From: an uncultured Clostridia bacterium | GTDB taxonomy: Bacteria; Bacillota; Clostridia; TANB77; CAG-508 | DNA length: 61,496 bases | Reading direction: 5' to 3' | NCBI GenBank assembly: GCA_947632585.1 | Contig: CANRPS010000004.1 | Span: 1 to 61,496 of the forward strand | Part shown: piece by piece, positions 1 to 10,781 of the stretch | Layout of the letters: each line of letters begins with the position of its first letter | How positions within the stretch are numbered: the stretch's first letter is position 1 | Notes under the pieces: model-generated | Databases searched by the model: none | The model's input: only the letters and a program-made list of their open reading frames with translations | Told to the model about the DNA's origin: nothing | Made by a program: the position numbers and the translations under genes

Positions 1-197
1 TATTTGAAGCACCAGCAGGTATATCTTTTGATGTTCCAAATCCTAATACAATTATAGTAAAAGGAATTGATAAAGAACTAGTTGGTGAAACTGCAGCAAT
101 AATTAGAACAAAGAGACCGCCTGAAGTATATAGAGGTAAAGGAATTAAATATGCAGAAGAAGTAATTAGACGTAAAGTAGGAAAGACAGGAAAATAA
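1..197 (+). CDS. rplF: 50S ribosomal protein L6, 3' part (truncated by window start)
   Basis: Frame from nt 3 reads ...[45 protein letters not shown], the L6 C-terminus; lies directly upstream of rplR. Confidence 0.95.
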   Translation, partial: FEAPAGISFDVPNPNTIIVKGIDKELVGETAAIIRTKRPPEVYRGKGIKYAEEVIRRKVGKTGK

Positions 198-251
198 TAA
201 TTTTAATTAATATAAATTTAATTGAAATTTAAGAAAGGAGTTTAGCAAAAT

Positions 252-611
252 ATGGTTTCAAAGACTGATAGAAAATTAGAAATTTCAAGAAGACATAAAA
301 GAATAAGAACAAAAATATCTGGAACTGCTGAAAGACCAAGACTATGTGTTCATAGAAGCAATTCAAATATTTATGTGCAAATAATAGATGATGTATCAGG
401 AAATACATTAGCTCAAGCTTCAACTCTTGATAAAGAAGTTAAAGAAAAACATGCTAATAAAGCTGCAGCTAAGGAAGTTGGAACTTTAATAGCAAAAAGA
501 GCTACTGCGAAGAAAATAAAAGAAGTTGTTTTTGATCGTGGTGGATATATATATCATGGAGTAATAAAAGAAGTTGCTGAAGCAGCAAGAGAAGGCGGTT
601 TAGAATTTTAA
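252..611 (+). CDS. rplR: 50S ribosomal protein L18
   Basis: [22 protein letters not shown] and AREGGLEF motifs; spc operon order. Confidence 0.97.
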   Translation: MVSKTDRKLEISRRHKRIRTKISGTAERPRLCVHRSNSNIYVQIIDDVSGNTLAQASTLDKEVKEKHANKAAAKEVGTLIAKRATAKKIKEVVFDRGGYIYHGVIKEVAEAAREGGLEF

Positions 612-651
612 CAATAGTCAAAAATTGAAAAGGAGGTAAAGTTTTAAAAGC

Positions 652-1140
652 ATGGAAGAAAAGCAAGAGAATGAATTAAAAGAAAAAGTAGTTGCTCTTA
701 ACAGAGTTACAAAAGTTGTTAAGGGTGGTAGACATATGAGATTTTCAGCAGTTGTTGTTGTTGGAGATGAAAACGGCAGAGTTGGTGTTGGAAATGGTAA
801 AGCGACTGAAGTACCAGAAGCTATAAAAAAGGCTATCGAAGATGCTAAAAAGAACTTAATAACAGTTCCAATAATAGATACAACTATACCACACGAATGT
901 ATAGGTAAATTTGACCGTGCTAGAGTTATGCTAAAACCAGCTCCTGTAGGTACAGGAATTATAGCAGGTGGAAGTGTAAGACCTGTTTTAGAATTTGCAG
1001 GATATAAAAACATTCGTACAAAAATATTAGGAACAAATAATCCTAGAAACGTAGTTTATGCTACAATAGAAGGATTAAAAGCTATGCAAACAGTAGAGTC
1101 TGTTGCAGCTAAAAGAGGAAAGAAACCAGAAGAGATTTAA
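652..1140 (+). CDS. rpsE: 30S ribosomal protein S5
   Basis: [19 protein letters not shown] motifs. Confidence 0.97.
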   Translation: MEEKQENELKEKVVALNRVTKVVKGGRHMRFSAVVVVGDENGRVGVGNGKATEVPEAIKKAIEDAKKNLITVPIIDTTIPHECIGKFDRARVMLKPAPVGTGIIAGGSVRPVLEFAGYKNIRTKILGTNNPRNVVYATIEGLKAMQTVESVAAKRGKKPEEI

Positions 1141-1187
1141 TTTTATATATTATAAAAATCAAGACTTATATTTAAGGAGGTGCAAAA

Positions 1188-1619
1188 ATGAAAATTGAAG
1201 AACTAAAACCAGCTGTTAAAAAATTAGAACGTAAAAGAGTTGGAAGAGGTATGGCATCAGGAACAGGAAAAACTTCAGGCAAAGGTCAAAAAGGACAAAA
1301 AGCAAGAAGTGGAGCTCCAAGACGTGGATTTGAAGGTGGTCAAACACCATTATATAGAAGATTACCAAAAAGAGGATTTACAAATATTCATGCAAAACAT
1401 TATACAGAAGTAACATTTAAAATGTTAAATAAATCAAAAGCAACAGATGTTACAGCTGAAACATTATTAGAAGAAGGAATAATTGGAAAGATTCAAGATG
1501 GAATCGTAATTTTAGCAACAGGAAAATTAGAAAAGAAATTAAATGTTAAAGCTAAAAAGTTCACAGCAAAAGCAAAAGAAGCTATAGAAGCTTTAGGCGG
1601 AAAGGCAGAGGTGATTTAA
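1188..1619 (+). CDS. rplO: 50S ribosomal protein L15
   Basis: [42 protein letters not shown]. Confidence 0.97.
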   Translation: MKIEELKPAVKKLERKRVGRGMASGTGKTSGKGQKGQKARSGAPRRGFEGGQTPLYRRLPKRGFTNIHAKHYTEVTFKMLNKSKATDVTAETLLEEGIIGKIQDGIVILATGKLEKKLNVKAKKFTAKAKEAIEALGGKAEVI

Positions 1620-2942
1620 TTGTTTAAAACTATAAAAAACGCATTTAAAACACCTGAAATAAGAAAAAAGCTTTTAATTACATTGCTTTTAATAATTCTT
1701 TTTAGATTAGGTTGCTACATAACAGTACCTGGAGTAGATAGTTCTGCATTAAATAATTTAATGAGTGAAGGATCTTCTACTATAGCTGGAATGATAAACT
1801 TAATTTCAGGTGGAGCTTTTTCACATTTTTCAATATTTGCAATGAGTATAACACCTTATATTACTGCAACAATTGTTATGCAACTTTTAGGGATGATTAT
1901 ACCATCTTTAGAAAGACTAACTAAAGAAGGTGGAGAAGATGGAAAAAGAAAAATTAATAAATATACAAAAATATTAACAATAGTATTAGCTTTAGTTGAA
2001 GGTGTTGGAGTATATTTATCATATAAATCTTATAATGTGTTTGTAGATGACACATTTCTTACAGGATTGATGATTGTTACAGGATTTGTAGCAGGAACAT
2101 CTCTACTTATGTGGCTTGGAGAGCAAATAACTAATAAAGGTATAGGAAATGGTATATCATTAATTATTTGTATTGGTATACTTTCTAGAATAACATCTGT
2201 TTTAGTTACTATACGTAATTTAGTTTGGCAATCAAATGGATTTAATACAGTAGGATTTTTAACTTCTTTAGGAATATTAATTGGTGCAATAATATTAGTT
2301 GCTGCAGTTATATATATGACAAATGCAGAACGTAGAATACCAGTTCAATATTCAAAAAGAGTTGTTGGAAGAAAAATGGTTGGTGCACAAAATACAGTTA
2401 TACCATTAAAACTTGCAATGGCAGGAGTTATGCCTATAATATTTGCTTCATCATTTTTAACATTCCCTGCAATGATTATACAAATATTTAAGCCAGATGT
2501 AGCAACTAGTACAGGATTTTGGTCAGTACTATTTAAATTTTCAACAGCAACATCATCATCATCTGTTGGATGGGGATATACTGTAGCAAATGCACTTATA
2601 TATTTATTATTGATAGTAGGATTTACTTTCTTCTGGACATATGCAATGACAAATCCAGCAGAGATATCTTCAAATATCAAGAAAAATGGAGGATTTATCC
2701 CAGGTATAAGAGCAGGAAAACCAACAACAGATTATTTATCAAATGTAATTTCTAAAATAACACTATTTGGAGGATTATATTTAGCAATAATTGCTATTTT
2801 ACCAATGCTTCTAAGATTTACATCATTAGATATAACTTTCGGTGGAACAGCAATACTTATCGTAGTTGGTGTTGCAATAGAATCAATTCAACAATTAGAA
2901 TCTCAATTAGTAATGAGACACTATAAAGGATTCTTAGAATAA
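1620..2942 (+). CDS. secY: Preprotein translocase SecY (TTG start)
   Basis: SIFAMSITPYITATI, GIGNGISL, IPGIRAGKPT motifs; multiple TM segments. Confidence 0.97.
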   Translation: MFKTIKNAFKTPEIRKKLLITLLLIILFRLGCYITVPGVDSSALNNLMSEGSSTIAGMINLISGGAFSHFSIFAMSITPYITATIVMQLLGMIIPSLERLTKEGGEDGKRKINKYTKILTIVLALVEGVGVYLSYKSYNVFVDDTFLTGLMIVTGFVAGTSLLMWLGEQITNKGIGNGISLIICIGILSRITSVLVTIRNLVWQSNGFNTVGFLTSLGILIGAIILVAAVIYMTNAERRIPVQYSKRVVGRKMVGAQNTVIPLKLAMAGVMPIIFASSFLTFPAMIIQIFKPDVATSTGFWSVLFKFSTATSSSSVGWGYTVANALIYLLLIVGFTFFWTYAMTNPAEISSNIKKNGGFIPGIRAGKPTTDYLSNVISKITLFGGLYLAIIAILPMLLRFTSLDITFGGTAILIVVGVAIESIQQLESQLVMRHYKGFLE

Positions 2943-2950
2943 AATGTAAT

Positions 2951-2988
2951 AAAAAAGCAATCATTAATTTTAATGATTGTTTTTTTTT
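2951..2988 (+). terminator. Intrinsic terminator after secY
   Basis: AAAAAAGCAATCATTAA / TTAATGATTGTTTTTT inverted repeat followed by T-run. Confidence 0.8.
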
Positions 2989-3000
2989 ATTAGTCCAAAT

Positions 3001-3029
3001 TTGATTTTATTTACATAATATGGTAAAAT
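3001..3029 (+). promoter_or_regulatory. Putative sigma-A promoter of the HTH-repeat cluster
   Basis: TTGATT-17 nt-TAAAAT with TG extended -10. Confidence 0.5.
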
Positions 3030-3058
3030 ATATAGAGTAGGTAAAAGGAGATGGATAT

Positions 3059-4180
3059 ATGAGTTGGGAAAGAAATGATATAATAACTTTTCTAAAAGAT
3101 AATCCAAGAGGAACTTTACAAGAATTTGCAAGACAATATGGTGTAACTAAACAAGCTATAAGTGACAGACTAAAAAAAATGAATTTAAATTGGAAAGAAC
3201 TAAAAGACGAGGCTATAGCAAATCAAATTAAAAAATATATAGAAGAACATCCAAAATTAACGAAAATGGAGTTAGAAGAAGAATTTAATTTGACTTATGA
3301 AGCTATAAGAGCAGAAGCTGCAAAATATGGAGTTAAAATAAAAATATATAGAGATAATAAAGCAACAAAAGCAGAAATAGAAGAATATATGCACAAAAAT
3401 CCTAATGCAACTATATCTGAGTGTGCTAATTACTTTAAAGTAGGATATAGTACTATGTATAGAAGATTTGAGAAATATGGGTTATCAACAAAAATAAGTA
3501 AGAGAAAAGAAAGAGAAAGAATTGCTACAATTTTAAAAGAGGATAAGTTAAGAGAGTATATAAAAGAACATCCTGGAACCACCATACATAAAATGGCTGA
3601 AAATCTTAAAGTAAACAATATTACATTAAAAAAATACTTGAAATTATATGGAATAAACTTAACTGGACTTAGAAATATTACTATAGAAAAAAATAGAATA
3701 GAAGAGGTTATCAAAAAAAATCCAAGCATAACTATTAAAGATATGTCAGAATATTTTGGAATTTCAAGAAATATAATGAAAAAACACTTAAGTTTTTATG
3801 GAATAAAATTATCAGGAAAAAAAGTGAGATTTGGAAAAGAAGATTTAGAAGAATATATAAAAAGTAACCCGAATTCTACTCAGGTTGATATTGCCAGATA
3901 CTTTAAAGTTTCGGAATCTACTATTTATAAATATATGAAATTGTATGATTTAAAAGGTAGGGAAAAGAAAAAAGCAGAATATTCAAAAGAACCAATAGAA
4001 GCGAAAGAAGAATTATTATTGAAAATATTAGATATATTAAATTCAGTTAAAGGAATTTCTATAAAAAGATTAAAAATTTTTTTGGAAAGTAAAGGAATAA
4101 ATGTATCTGAAGAAGAAATTTTACAATATCAAAATAAATTACAACAAGAAAATAGGATTTCTGATGAAGAAGAAAGGTAA
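3059..4180 (+). CDS. Tandem HTH-repeat protein (6 repeats plus conserved C-terminal domain, ends DEEER)
   Basis: Repeated unit (I/L)EEY(I)xx(N/H)PxxTxxE(M/I)AxxFxVSxxTIxxxxxxYG(I/L); GGAG RBS. Confidence 0.8.
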   Translation: MSWERNDIITFLKDNPRGTLQEFARQYGVTKQAISDRLKKMNLNWKELKDEAIANQIKKYIEEHPKLTKMELEEEFNLTYEAIRAEAAKYGVKIKIYRDNKATKAEIEEYMHKNPNATISECANYFKVGYSTMYRRFEKYGLSTKISKRKERERIATILKEDKLREYIKEHPGTTIHKMAENLKVNNITLKKYLKLYGINLTGLRNITIEKNRIEEVIKKNPSITIKDMSEYFGISRNIMKKHLSFYGIKLSGKKVRFGKEDLEEYIKSNPNSTQVDIARYFKVSESTIYKYMKLYDLKGREKKKAEYSKEPIEAKEELLLKILDILNSVKGISIKRLKIFLESKGINVSEEEILQYQNKLQQENRISDEEER

Positions 4181-4186
4181 AATTAA

Positions 4187-4834
4187 ATGAGTTTTGAAGA
4201 AAATGAAATATTGGAATTTATGAAGAAAAATCCAAGAGCAACCCTACAAGACTTAGCAAATGAATATGGAGTAACTAAAAAAAGTATAAGTGATAGATTT
4301 AAAAAACTAAAAATTAATTGGCAAGATATAAGATTTAAAGCAAGGAAATATGAATTAGAAAGATATGTAATTGAACATCCAGATGCTAATCAAAAAAAGA
4401 TGGCAAATGATTTAGGAGTAACAGAAGAAGGTTTATGCTATAATATAAAAAAATATGGAATAATAGTTCCACTTAAATGGAAAAAATTAGATTCAAAACC
4501 TGGAATATCAAAAAGAGAAATAGAAGAATATATAGAAAAAAATCCTAAAACAAATCAAAAAGAAATAGCAGAATATTTTAATTATTCACAGCCAACAATA
4601 AGCCGTCTGGTAGAAAGATATGGAATAAATGTGCATAGAAAATCTACAAAATCAAAACGAATGGAAATAATATCAAAAGCATTTCAGATGTTGAACTCTG
4701 TTAAAGGTGTATCAATAAAAAGTTTAAGAGAATTTTTACAAAATAAAGGAATAGATATTTCTGAAGAAGAGATTATGGAATATCAAAGAAAAACATTACA
4801 AGAAAATAAAACTCATGATGATGAAGAAAGATGA
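4187..4834 (+). CDS. Tandem HTH-repeat protein paralog (3 repeats, ends DDEER)
   Basis: Same repeat unit; C-terminal LNSVKGVSIKSLREFLQNKGIDISEEEIMEYQ shared with neighbours. Confidence 0.8.
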   Translation: MSFEENEILEFMKKNPRATLQDLANEYGVTKKSISDRFKKLKINWQDIRFKARKYELERYVIEHPDANQKKMANDLGVTEEGLCYNIKKYGIIVPLKWKKLDSKPGISKREIEEYIEKNPKTNQKEIAEYFNYSQPTISRLVERYGINVHRKSTKSKRMEIISKAFQMLNSVKGVSIKSLREFLQNKGIDISEEEIMEYQRKTLQENKTHDDEER

Positions 4835-4854
4835 TAAAAGAAGGAAAAAAATAA

Positions 4855-5820
4855 ATGAAATTAGATGAAAAATATGTGTTAAATTTTTTAGAAAAAAATC
4901 CAAGAGCAAGTTTACAAGATTTAGCTGAAGATATAGGTATAACTAGACAAGCAGTTAGTAGTAATTTGAAAAGAAATAATATTAATTGGAAAGAACTAAG
5001 AGAAGAAGCTAAAAAAGAGCAAATTGAAAGATATTTAATAAATAATCCAAATGTAACAATAAAAAGGATGGCAAAAGATTTGAAAGCTGATACTCAAACA
5101 TTAAGATCAGAGATGAAAAAATATGGATTATTTAGACAAAGAACCACTACATCTGCTAAATCAAAAATAAAAAGAGAAGAATTGGAATCATATATATTAA
5201 AACATCCTGAGAAAAATATTCGAGAACTGGCAGAATATTTTAAAGTATGCTACTTGACGATGTTTAATACTTTACGTAGATATGATATAAAATTAAAAAC
5301 TAATAATGAGTTAGTAGAAGAGTTATTAAATGAAGACAAAATAGAAAAATATTTGGAGGAACATCCCGATAGTAATCAGATAGAAATGGCAGATTTTTTT
5401 GGAGTATCAAAATATGTTATGTCTGAATATATCATAAAACATAATATAAATATACCAGGAAAAAATATGAGACACAAATATAGTTTAAAAATAACAAAAA
5501 AAGAAATAGAAAGTTTTTTAGAAAAACATCCAGAAGCTAATCAAGAAGATATGACAGAATTTTTTGGAGTATCAAGAAATACAATAAGAAGATGTATAAG
5601 AAGATATGATATAATTGTTAAGGGAAAAGGAACTAGAAGAGACAAGAAAAGAACTAAAGAGGGAGATATATTAAAAGCTATTGATATGCTAGAAACGATT
5701 AATGGATTAACAATAACAAGGCTGAGAGAATTCTTAGAGGAAAAAGGTATTCAAATTTCAGAAAATGATATTTTAGAATATCAAAAAAGAAAGATAGATG
5801 AAAAAGAAGAAGAAAGATAA
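4855..5820 (+). CDS. Tandem HTH-repeat protein paralog (5 repeats, ends KEEER)
   Basis: Same repeat unit and C-terminal domain. Confidence 0.8.
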   Translation: MKLDEKYVLNFLEKNPRASLQDLAEDIGITRQAVSSNLKRNNINWKELREEAKKEQIERYLINNPNVTIKRMAKDLKADTQTLRSEMKKYGLFRQRTTTSAKSKIKREELESYILKHPEKNIRELAEYFKVCYLTMFNTLRRYDIKLKTNNELVEELLNEDKIEKYLEEHPDSNQIEMADFFGVSKYVMSEYIIKHNINIPGKNMRHKYSLKITKKEIESFLEKHPEANQEDMTEFFGVSRNTIRRCIRRYDIIVKGKGTRRDKKRTKEGDILKAIDMLETINGLTITRLREFLEEKGIQISENDILEYQKRKIDEKEEER

Positions 5821-5845
5821 AATTGGGAAATATAGAGGAATTTCA

Positions 5846-5885
5846 CCTTACTTATTAAAAAATTAATAAGCAAGGTTTATTTTTA
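5846..5885 (+). terminator. Intrinsic terminator after the HTH-repeat cluster
   Basis: ACCTTACTTATTAA...TTAATAAGCAAGGT followed by T-rich tract. Confidence 0.65.
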
Positions 5886-5968
5886 TGTTAAAGTAGAAAA
5901 ATGTAATCTCAAAGATAAAAAACGTGTATTGATTTAATGTTAATTTGCTATAGAATTATCAAATTTTA

Positions 5969-5997
5969 TTGACTTTTCGAGCTAAAAGGGTTAAAAT
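5969..5997 (+). promoter_or_regulatory. Putative sigma-A promoter of adk-map
   Basis: TTGACT-17 nt-TAAAAT. Confidence 0.6.
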
Positions 5998-6030
5998 AAA
6001 GCATATTAAAATTAGGAGGAGTGTTGCCAA

Positions 6031-6690
6031 ATGAATATTATAATGATGGGAGCCCAAGGCACAGGAAAAGGAACAGTTGCTGGACTTTTAAAACAAGGAT
6101 TAGGATTACCACATATTTCTACTGGAGAGATATTTAGGAAAAATATACAAGAAAATACAGAATTGGGAAAAATGGCTAAACAATATGCAGATGAAGGAAA
6201 ATTGGTTCCAGATGAAGTTACAAACGAGATGGTAAAGCAAAGGTTAAATGAAGAGGATTGTGTAAATGGATTTATATTAGATGGGTATCCAAGAAATACA
6301 AACCAAGCAGAAACATTAGATAATATATTAGCAGAAAAAAACACTCAAATAGATTTAGTTGTAAATCTAAATACTCCACAAGACGAAATAATAGAAAGAG
6401 TTATGGCAAGAAGAGAATGCCCAAAATGTAAAAGAGTATATAACATGATTCTAAAAAAACCTAAAGAAGGTGAAATCTGTGATGATTGTAAAGTAGCTTT
6501 GACTAAGAGGGCTGATGATACAGAAGAAAAATTACAAACAAGATTAGATACATTTTTTAAAGAAACAACACCAGTTATCGAATATTACAGAAATAAAGGT
6601 ATTGTAAGAGATGAAGAGATAAGCATATCAATAAACAGATTTGGAGAAGATGTGGCAAGAGATATAATAAACTCTATTGAAAATAAATAA
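6031..6690 (+). CDS. adk: Adenylate kinase
   Basis: GxxGTGKGT P-loop, HISTGEIFR, GFILDGYPR, CxxC...CxxC zinc lid. Confidence 0.96.
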   Translation: MNIIMMGAQGTGKGTVAGLLKQGLGLPHISTGEIFRKNIQENTELGKMAKQYADEGKLVPDEVTNEMVKQRLNEEDCVNGFILDGYPRNTNQAETLDNILAEKNTQIDLVVNLNTPQDEIIERVMARRECPKCKRVYNMILKKPKEGEICDDCKVALTKRADDTEEKLQTRLDTFFKETTPVIEYYRNKGIVRDEEISISINRFGEDVARDIINSIENK

Positions 6691-6724
6691 TTATTTATTA
6701 CATTAAAGAAAGAGGGCAAAAATA

Positions 6725-7495
6725 ATGGTTACAATAAAATCTCAAAAAGAGATTGAACTAATGAAAGATGTTTGTAAAATGGTGGCTGAATTTTACGATG
6801 AATTAGAAAAAAAAGTAAAAGCTGGAATTTCAACATTTGAATTAAATGAAGAAGCGGAAAAGATAATGAGAAGTTTAGGAGGAATTCCAGCACAAATAGG
6901 GTATAATCCTGGAGTAAGTGGAATTCCACCATATCCTGCAGCCACTTGTATATCTGTAAATGATGAAATAATACATGGAATACCTAGAAAAAATAAAATA
7001 ATAAAAGATGGAGATATAGTAAGTATAGATACTGTAATTTTAAAAAATGGATTTCATGGAGATGCAGCTCGTACTTTTATGGTAGGAAATGTTTCTAAAG
7101 AAGCTAAAAGATTAGTTGAAGTTACAAAACAAGCATTTTTTGAAGGATTAAAATTTGCAAAAAAAGGCTATAGGGTAGGAGATATTTCTCATGCTATAGG
7201 CGAATATGTAAAATCTCAAGGTTTTTCTGTATTAAAGGAATTTCAAGGACATGGAATTGGAAGGCAGATGCATGAAGATCCAGGAATACCAAATTATGGT
7301 AAAGCGGGAAAAGGAACTAGATTAGAACCTGGTATGACAATATGTATAGAGCCTATGGTTATACAAGGAAAAGAAAATATTTTAGAGTTAGATGATGGGT
7401 GGACAATAGTTACAGAAGACGGCAGTTTATCAGCTCATTATGAAAATACAATTTTAATTACAGAAAATGAGCCAAAAGTATTGACAATTAAGTAA
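6725..7495 (+). CDS. map: Methionine aminopeptidase type I
   Basis: CISVNDEIIHGIP, GFHGDAART, GHGIGRQMHEDP, SAHYENT. Confidence 0.96.
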   Translation: MVTIKSQKEIELMKDVCKMVAEFYDELEKKVKAGISTFELNEEAEKIMRSLGGIPAQIGYNPGVSGIPPYPAATCISVNDEIIHGIPRKNKIIKDGDIVSIDTVILKNGFHGDAARTFMVGNVSKEAKRLVEVTKQAFFEGLKFAKKGYRVGDISHAIGEYVKSQGFSVLKEFQGHGIGRQMHEDPGIPNYGKAGKGTRLEPGMTICIEPMVIQGKENILELDDGWTIVTEDGSLSAHYENTILITENEPKVLTIK

Positions 7496-7509
7496 ATATG
7501 AGATATAAT
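7481..7509 (+). promoter_or_regulatory. Consensus sigma-A promoter for infA-rpmJ-alpha operon, overlapping the map 3' end
   Basis: TTGACA-17 nt-TATAAT. Confidence 0.75.
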
Positions 7510-7623
7510 GGTAAAGCTATTGTATAATAGGATAAATATGTGACTTGCAAAAGCTACATATACCTATAATTACAAAGCTTTACCTTAATTTATAAAAATT
7601 TAGTTCTTTGAGGGAGGCGAAAA

Positions 7624-7842
7624 ATGGCTAAAGAAGAACTTTTAGAATTAGAAGGAAAGGTTGTAGAAACATTACCTAATACTACTTTTAGAGTTGAATT
7701 AGAAAATGGACATCAAATTTTAGCAACTATTTCTGGAAAATTAAGAATGAATTATATTAAAATTCTTACAGGAGATAAAGTAAAAGTAGAAATGTCTCCA
7801 TATGATTTAAATCGTGGTAGAATTACTTGGAGAGCTAAATAG
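7624..7842 (+). CDS. infA: Translation initiation factor IF-1
   Basis: [35 protein letters not shown]. Confidence 0.97.
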   Translation: MAKEELLELEGKVVETLPNTTFRVELENGHQILATISGKLRMNYIKILTGDKVKVEMSPYDLNRGRITWRAK

Positions 7843-7871
7843 CAAATATTTATAGAAAGGAAATAAAGAAA

Positions 7872-7985
7872 ATGAAGGTAAGACCATCAGTAAAAAAATT
7901 ATGTGACAAATGTAAAGTAATCAAAAGAAAAGGTGTAATAAGAGTAATTTGTGAAAACCCTAAACATAAACAAAGACAAGGATAA
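7872..7985 (+). CDS. rpmJ: 50S ribosomal protein L36 (not in ORF track)
   Basis: Translates [37 protein letters not shown]. Confidence 0.97.
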   Translation: MKVRPSVKKLCDKCKVIKRKGVIRVICENPKHKQRQG

Positions 7986-8262
7986 AACTTAATATTTAAT
8001 AGATTAAGATAAAAGCAAATGTTTATGCTTTTTAAGCATGGACAGGTGTTTTTACTTTTTGTTTGTTTATAACACAAATGTGGTAGCGGCTGAATTAATC
8101 CATTTGTGTTTATATAAATTAGTTATCAAAAATGCTAAAGATTTAATAGATGTAAAAAGCAATTACATTTTATTAGATGCATTTCACCTTTAGATAATTT
8201 TTGATAATGTTACTAAAGAAAATGAAAAAAGCAAATTAAAATTTTGGAGGTGTAAATAAAAC

Positions 8263-8640
8263 ATGGCTCGTATATCAGGAGTAGATTTACCTAAGGAAAA
8301 AAGGGTAGAAATAGGACTAACATATATATATGGTATAGGACTAACAACTTCTCAAAAAATTTTAGCAAAAACAGGAATTAATCCAGATACAAGAGTAAAA
8401 GATTTAACAGATGATCAAGTAAATGCAATTAGAAAAGAAATCGATGCTAGCTATAAAGTAGAAGGAGATTTGAGAAGAGAAGTTGCTTTAAACATAAAAA
8501 GACTTACAGAAATTGGTTGCTATAGAGGTATAAGACATAGAAAAGGACTTCCAGTTAGAGGACAAAGAACAAAAACTAATGCTCGTACAAGAAAAGGACC
8601 AAGAAAAGTAGTAAGTAGAAGTAAAAAGAAAGATCAATAG
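8263..8640 (+). CDS. rpsM: 30S ribosomal protein S13
   Basis: [28 protein letters not shown]. Confidence 0.97.
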   Translation: MARISGVDLPKEKRVEIGLTYIYGIGLTTSQKILAKTGINPDTRVKDLTDDQVNAIRKEIDASYKVEGDLRREVALNIKRLTEIGCYRGIRHRKGLPVRGQRTKTNARTRKGPRKVVSRSKKKDQ

Positions 8641-8688
8641 AATAATCTAAAAACCTAAATAAATATAAAGAGGAGGTAAATAGAAGAA

Positions 8689-9084
8689 ATGGCTAAAAGT
8701 GTAACAAAAAGAGCAGTTACTAAAAGAAATAGAAAAAACATCGAAAGAGGAGCAGCTCATATTCATTCAAGTTTTAATAATACAATAGTATCTATTACTG
8801 ATGCTAATGGAAATGTTATTTCTTGGGGAAGCGCTGGTGTTCTTGGATTTAAAGGCTCTAGAAAAAGCACTCCTTTTGCAGCTGGAGAAGTTGCAGAAGC
8901 AGCAGCTAGAAAAGCCCAAGAACATGGTCTAAAGTCAGTTGAAGTATTTGTTAAAGGTCCTGGTTCTGGTAGAGAAGCAGCAATAAGAGCTCTTCAAACA
9001 GCAGGATTAGAAATAAGTTCAATAAAGGATGTAACACCAATACCACATAATGGTTGTAGACCACCAAAGAGACGTAGAGTTTAG
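8689..9084 (+). CDS. rpsK: 30S ribosomal protein S11
   Basis: [38 protein letters not shown]. Confidence 0.97.
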   Translation: MAKSVTKRAVTKRNRKNIERGAAHIHSSFNNTIVSITDANGNVISWGSAGVLGFKGSRKSTPFAAGEVAEAAARKAQEHGLKSVEVFVKGPGSGREAAIRALQTAGLEISSIKDVTPIPHNGCRPPKRRRV

Positions 9085-9136
9085 TCAAATTTAGTAAATT
9101 ATAAAATTAAAATAATTAAAAGAGGTGAAATTTAAA

Positions 9137-9763
9137 ATGTCAAGATATAAAGACGCACAATGTAGAGTTTGCCGTAGAGAAGGATGTAAATTGTTCTTAA
9201 AAGGTGACAGATGCTATTCAGATAAATGCAGTATATCTAGAAGAAATTATGCACCTGGAGACCATGGACAAAAAAGAGGAAAGCTTTCTGAATACGGAAC
9301 ACAATTAAGAGAAAAACAAAAAACAAAATCATATTATGGTGTAGGAGAAAGACAATTTAGAAAATATTTTGAAATGGCTTCAAGTAAAAAAGGAATCACA
9401 GGTGAGATGTTATTACAAATACTAGAAAGCAGACTAGATAATGTTGTTTATAGACTAGGATATGGAGCATCTCGTAGTGAAGCTAGACAAATGGTAAATC
9501 ATGGACAATTTGAAGTAAATGGTAAAAAGGTTGATATCCCTTCATATTTAGTAAAAGAAGGAGATGTTATAACAGTTAGAGAAATTAAGAAAGATAATAA
9601 AGCAATAAAAGCAAATGCTGAAGCAAATGAAAAAAGACCTGTTCCAGCATGGCTAGAAAAAGATAATAAAAAATTAAGTGGAAAAGTAATTAAATTAGCT
9701 TCAAGAGAAGATATAGATATTCCAATAGAAGAACATTTGATAGTAGAGCTATATTCTAAATAA
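9137..9763 (+). CDS. rpsD: 30S ribosomal protein S4
   Basis: CRVCRREG zinc motif, [21 protein letters not shown]; ATG at 9137 after GAGGTG. Confidence 0.97.
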   Translation: MSRYKDAQCRVCRREGCKLFLKGDRCYSDKCSISRRNYAPGDHGQKRGKLSEYGTQLREKQKTKSYYGVGERQFRKYFEMASSKKGITGEMLLQILESRLDNVVYRLGYGASRSEARQMVNHGQFEVNGKKVDIPSYLVKEGDVITVREIKKDNKAIKANAEANEKRPVPAWLEKDNKKLSGKVIKLASREDIDIPIEEHLIVELYSK

Positions 9764-9779
9764 TTAGGAGGTTAAATTA

Positions 9780-10730
9780 ATGATAGAATTCGAAAGGCCA
9801 AATATTGAATGTATAAAAATTGATGATGAAAACAATTATTCAAAATTTGTATGTGAGCCATTAGAAAAAGGATATGGAGTAACAATAGGGAACTCTTTAA
9901 GACGAATTTTACTTTCATCACTTCCGGGTTGTAGCTTAACAAGTGTAAAAATAAATGGAGTTTTACACGAATTTTCAAGTATTCCAAATGTTGTAGAAGA
10001 TGTACCAGAAATTATCTTAAATCTAAAAAACGTAAGATTAAAGTTTGAAGAAGAATATGAAGAAAAACTATTACGTATAGATTTTAAAGGTGAAGGAGAA
10101 GTTAAAGCTGGAGATATTGAAACAGATGGAACTGTTGAAATATTAAATCCGGATTTACATATTGCAACAGTTGCAGAAGGTGGACATCTAGTTATGGAAT
10201 TAACTGCTAATAAAGGTAGAGGTTATACACCAGCTGAAAAAAACAAAACATCAAATCAAGATATATCAGTTTTACCAATAGATTCAATCTATACTCCAGT
10301 AAAAAAAGTAAATTACCAAATTGAAAGCACTAGAGTTGGACAAATGGTTGACTTTGATAAATTGATTATTGAAATTTGGACAGATGGAAGTTTAAAACCT
10401 TATGAAGCTCTAAGTTTAGCAGCAAAAATATTGACAGGTCATTTAGAATTATTTATAGACTTATCAGAAGCTACTAAAAATACAAAAGTAATGGTAGAAA
10501 AAGAAGAGAATAAGAAAGAGAAGATTTTAGAGAAATCAATTGAAGAATTGGAATTATCAGTAAGATCATTCAATTGCCTAAAGAGAGCCGGAATTTCAAC
10601 TGTTGAAGACCTAACAAATAGGAGTGAAGCAGATATGATGAAAGTTAGAAACTTAGGCAAAAAGTCACTAAATGAAGTTATAGCAAAATTACATGAATTA
10701 GGATTAGATTTTACTCCAGAAGAGGAATAA
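9780..10730 (+). CDS. rpoA: RNA polymerase alpha subunit
   Basis: [38 protein letters not shown]. Confidence 0.98.
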   Translation: MIEFERPNIECIKIDDENNYSKFVCEPLEKGYGVTIGNSLRRILLSSLPGCSLTSVKINGVLHEFSSIPNVVEDVPEIILNLKNVRLKFEEEYEEKLLRIDFKGEGEVKAGDIETDGTVEILNPDLHIATVAEGGHLVMELTANKGRGYTPAEKNKTSNQDISVLPIDSIYTPVKKVNYQIESTRVGQMVDFDKLIIEIWTDGSLKPYEALSLAAKILTGHLELFIDLSEATKNTKVMVEKEENKKEKILEKSIEELELSVRSFNCLKRAGISTVEDLTNRSEADMMKVRNLGKKSLNEVIAKLHELGLDFTPEEE

Positions 10731-10781
10731 AAAATTAAAAGAAAAAAGAAATTTTTCTTAATATTATAGAAGAAGGAGGTT

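Noticed and set aside
3059-5820. HTH cluster as IS elements or a prophage remnant
   Set aside because: No DDE or integrase domain, terminal inverted repeats or phage genes seen.
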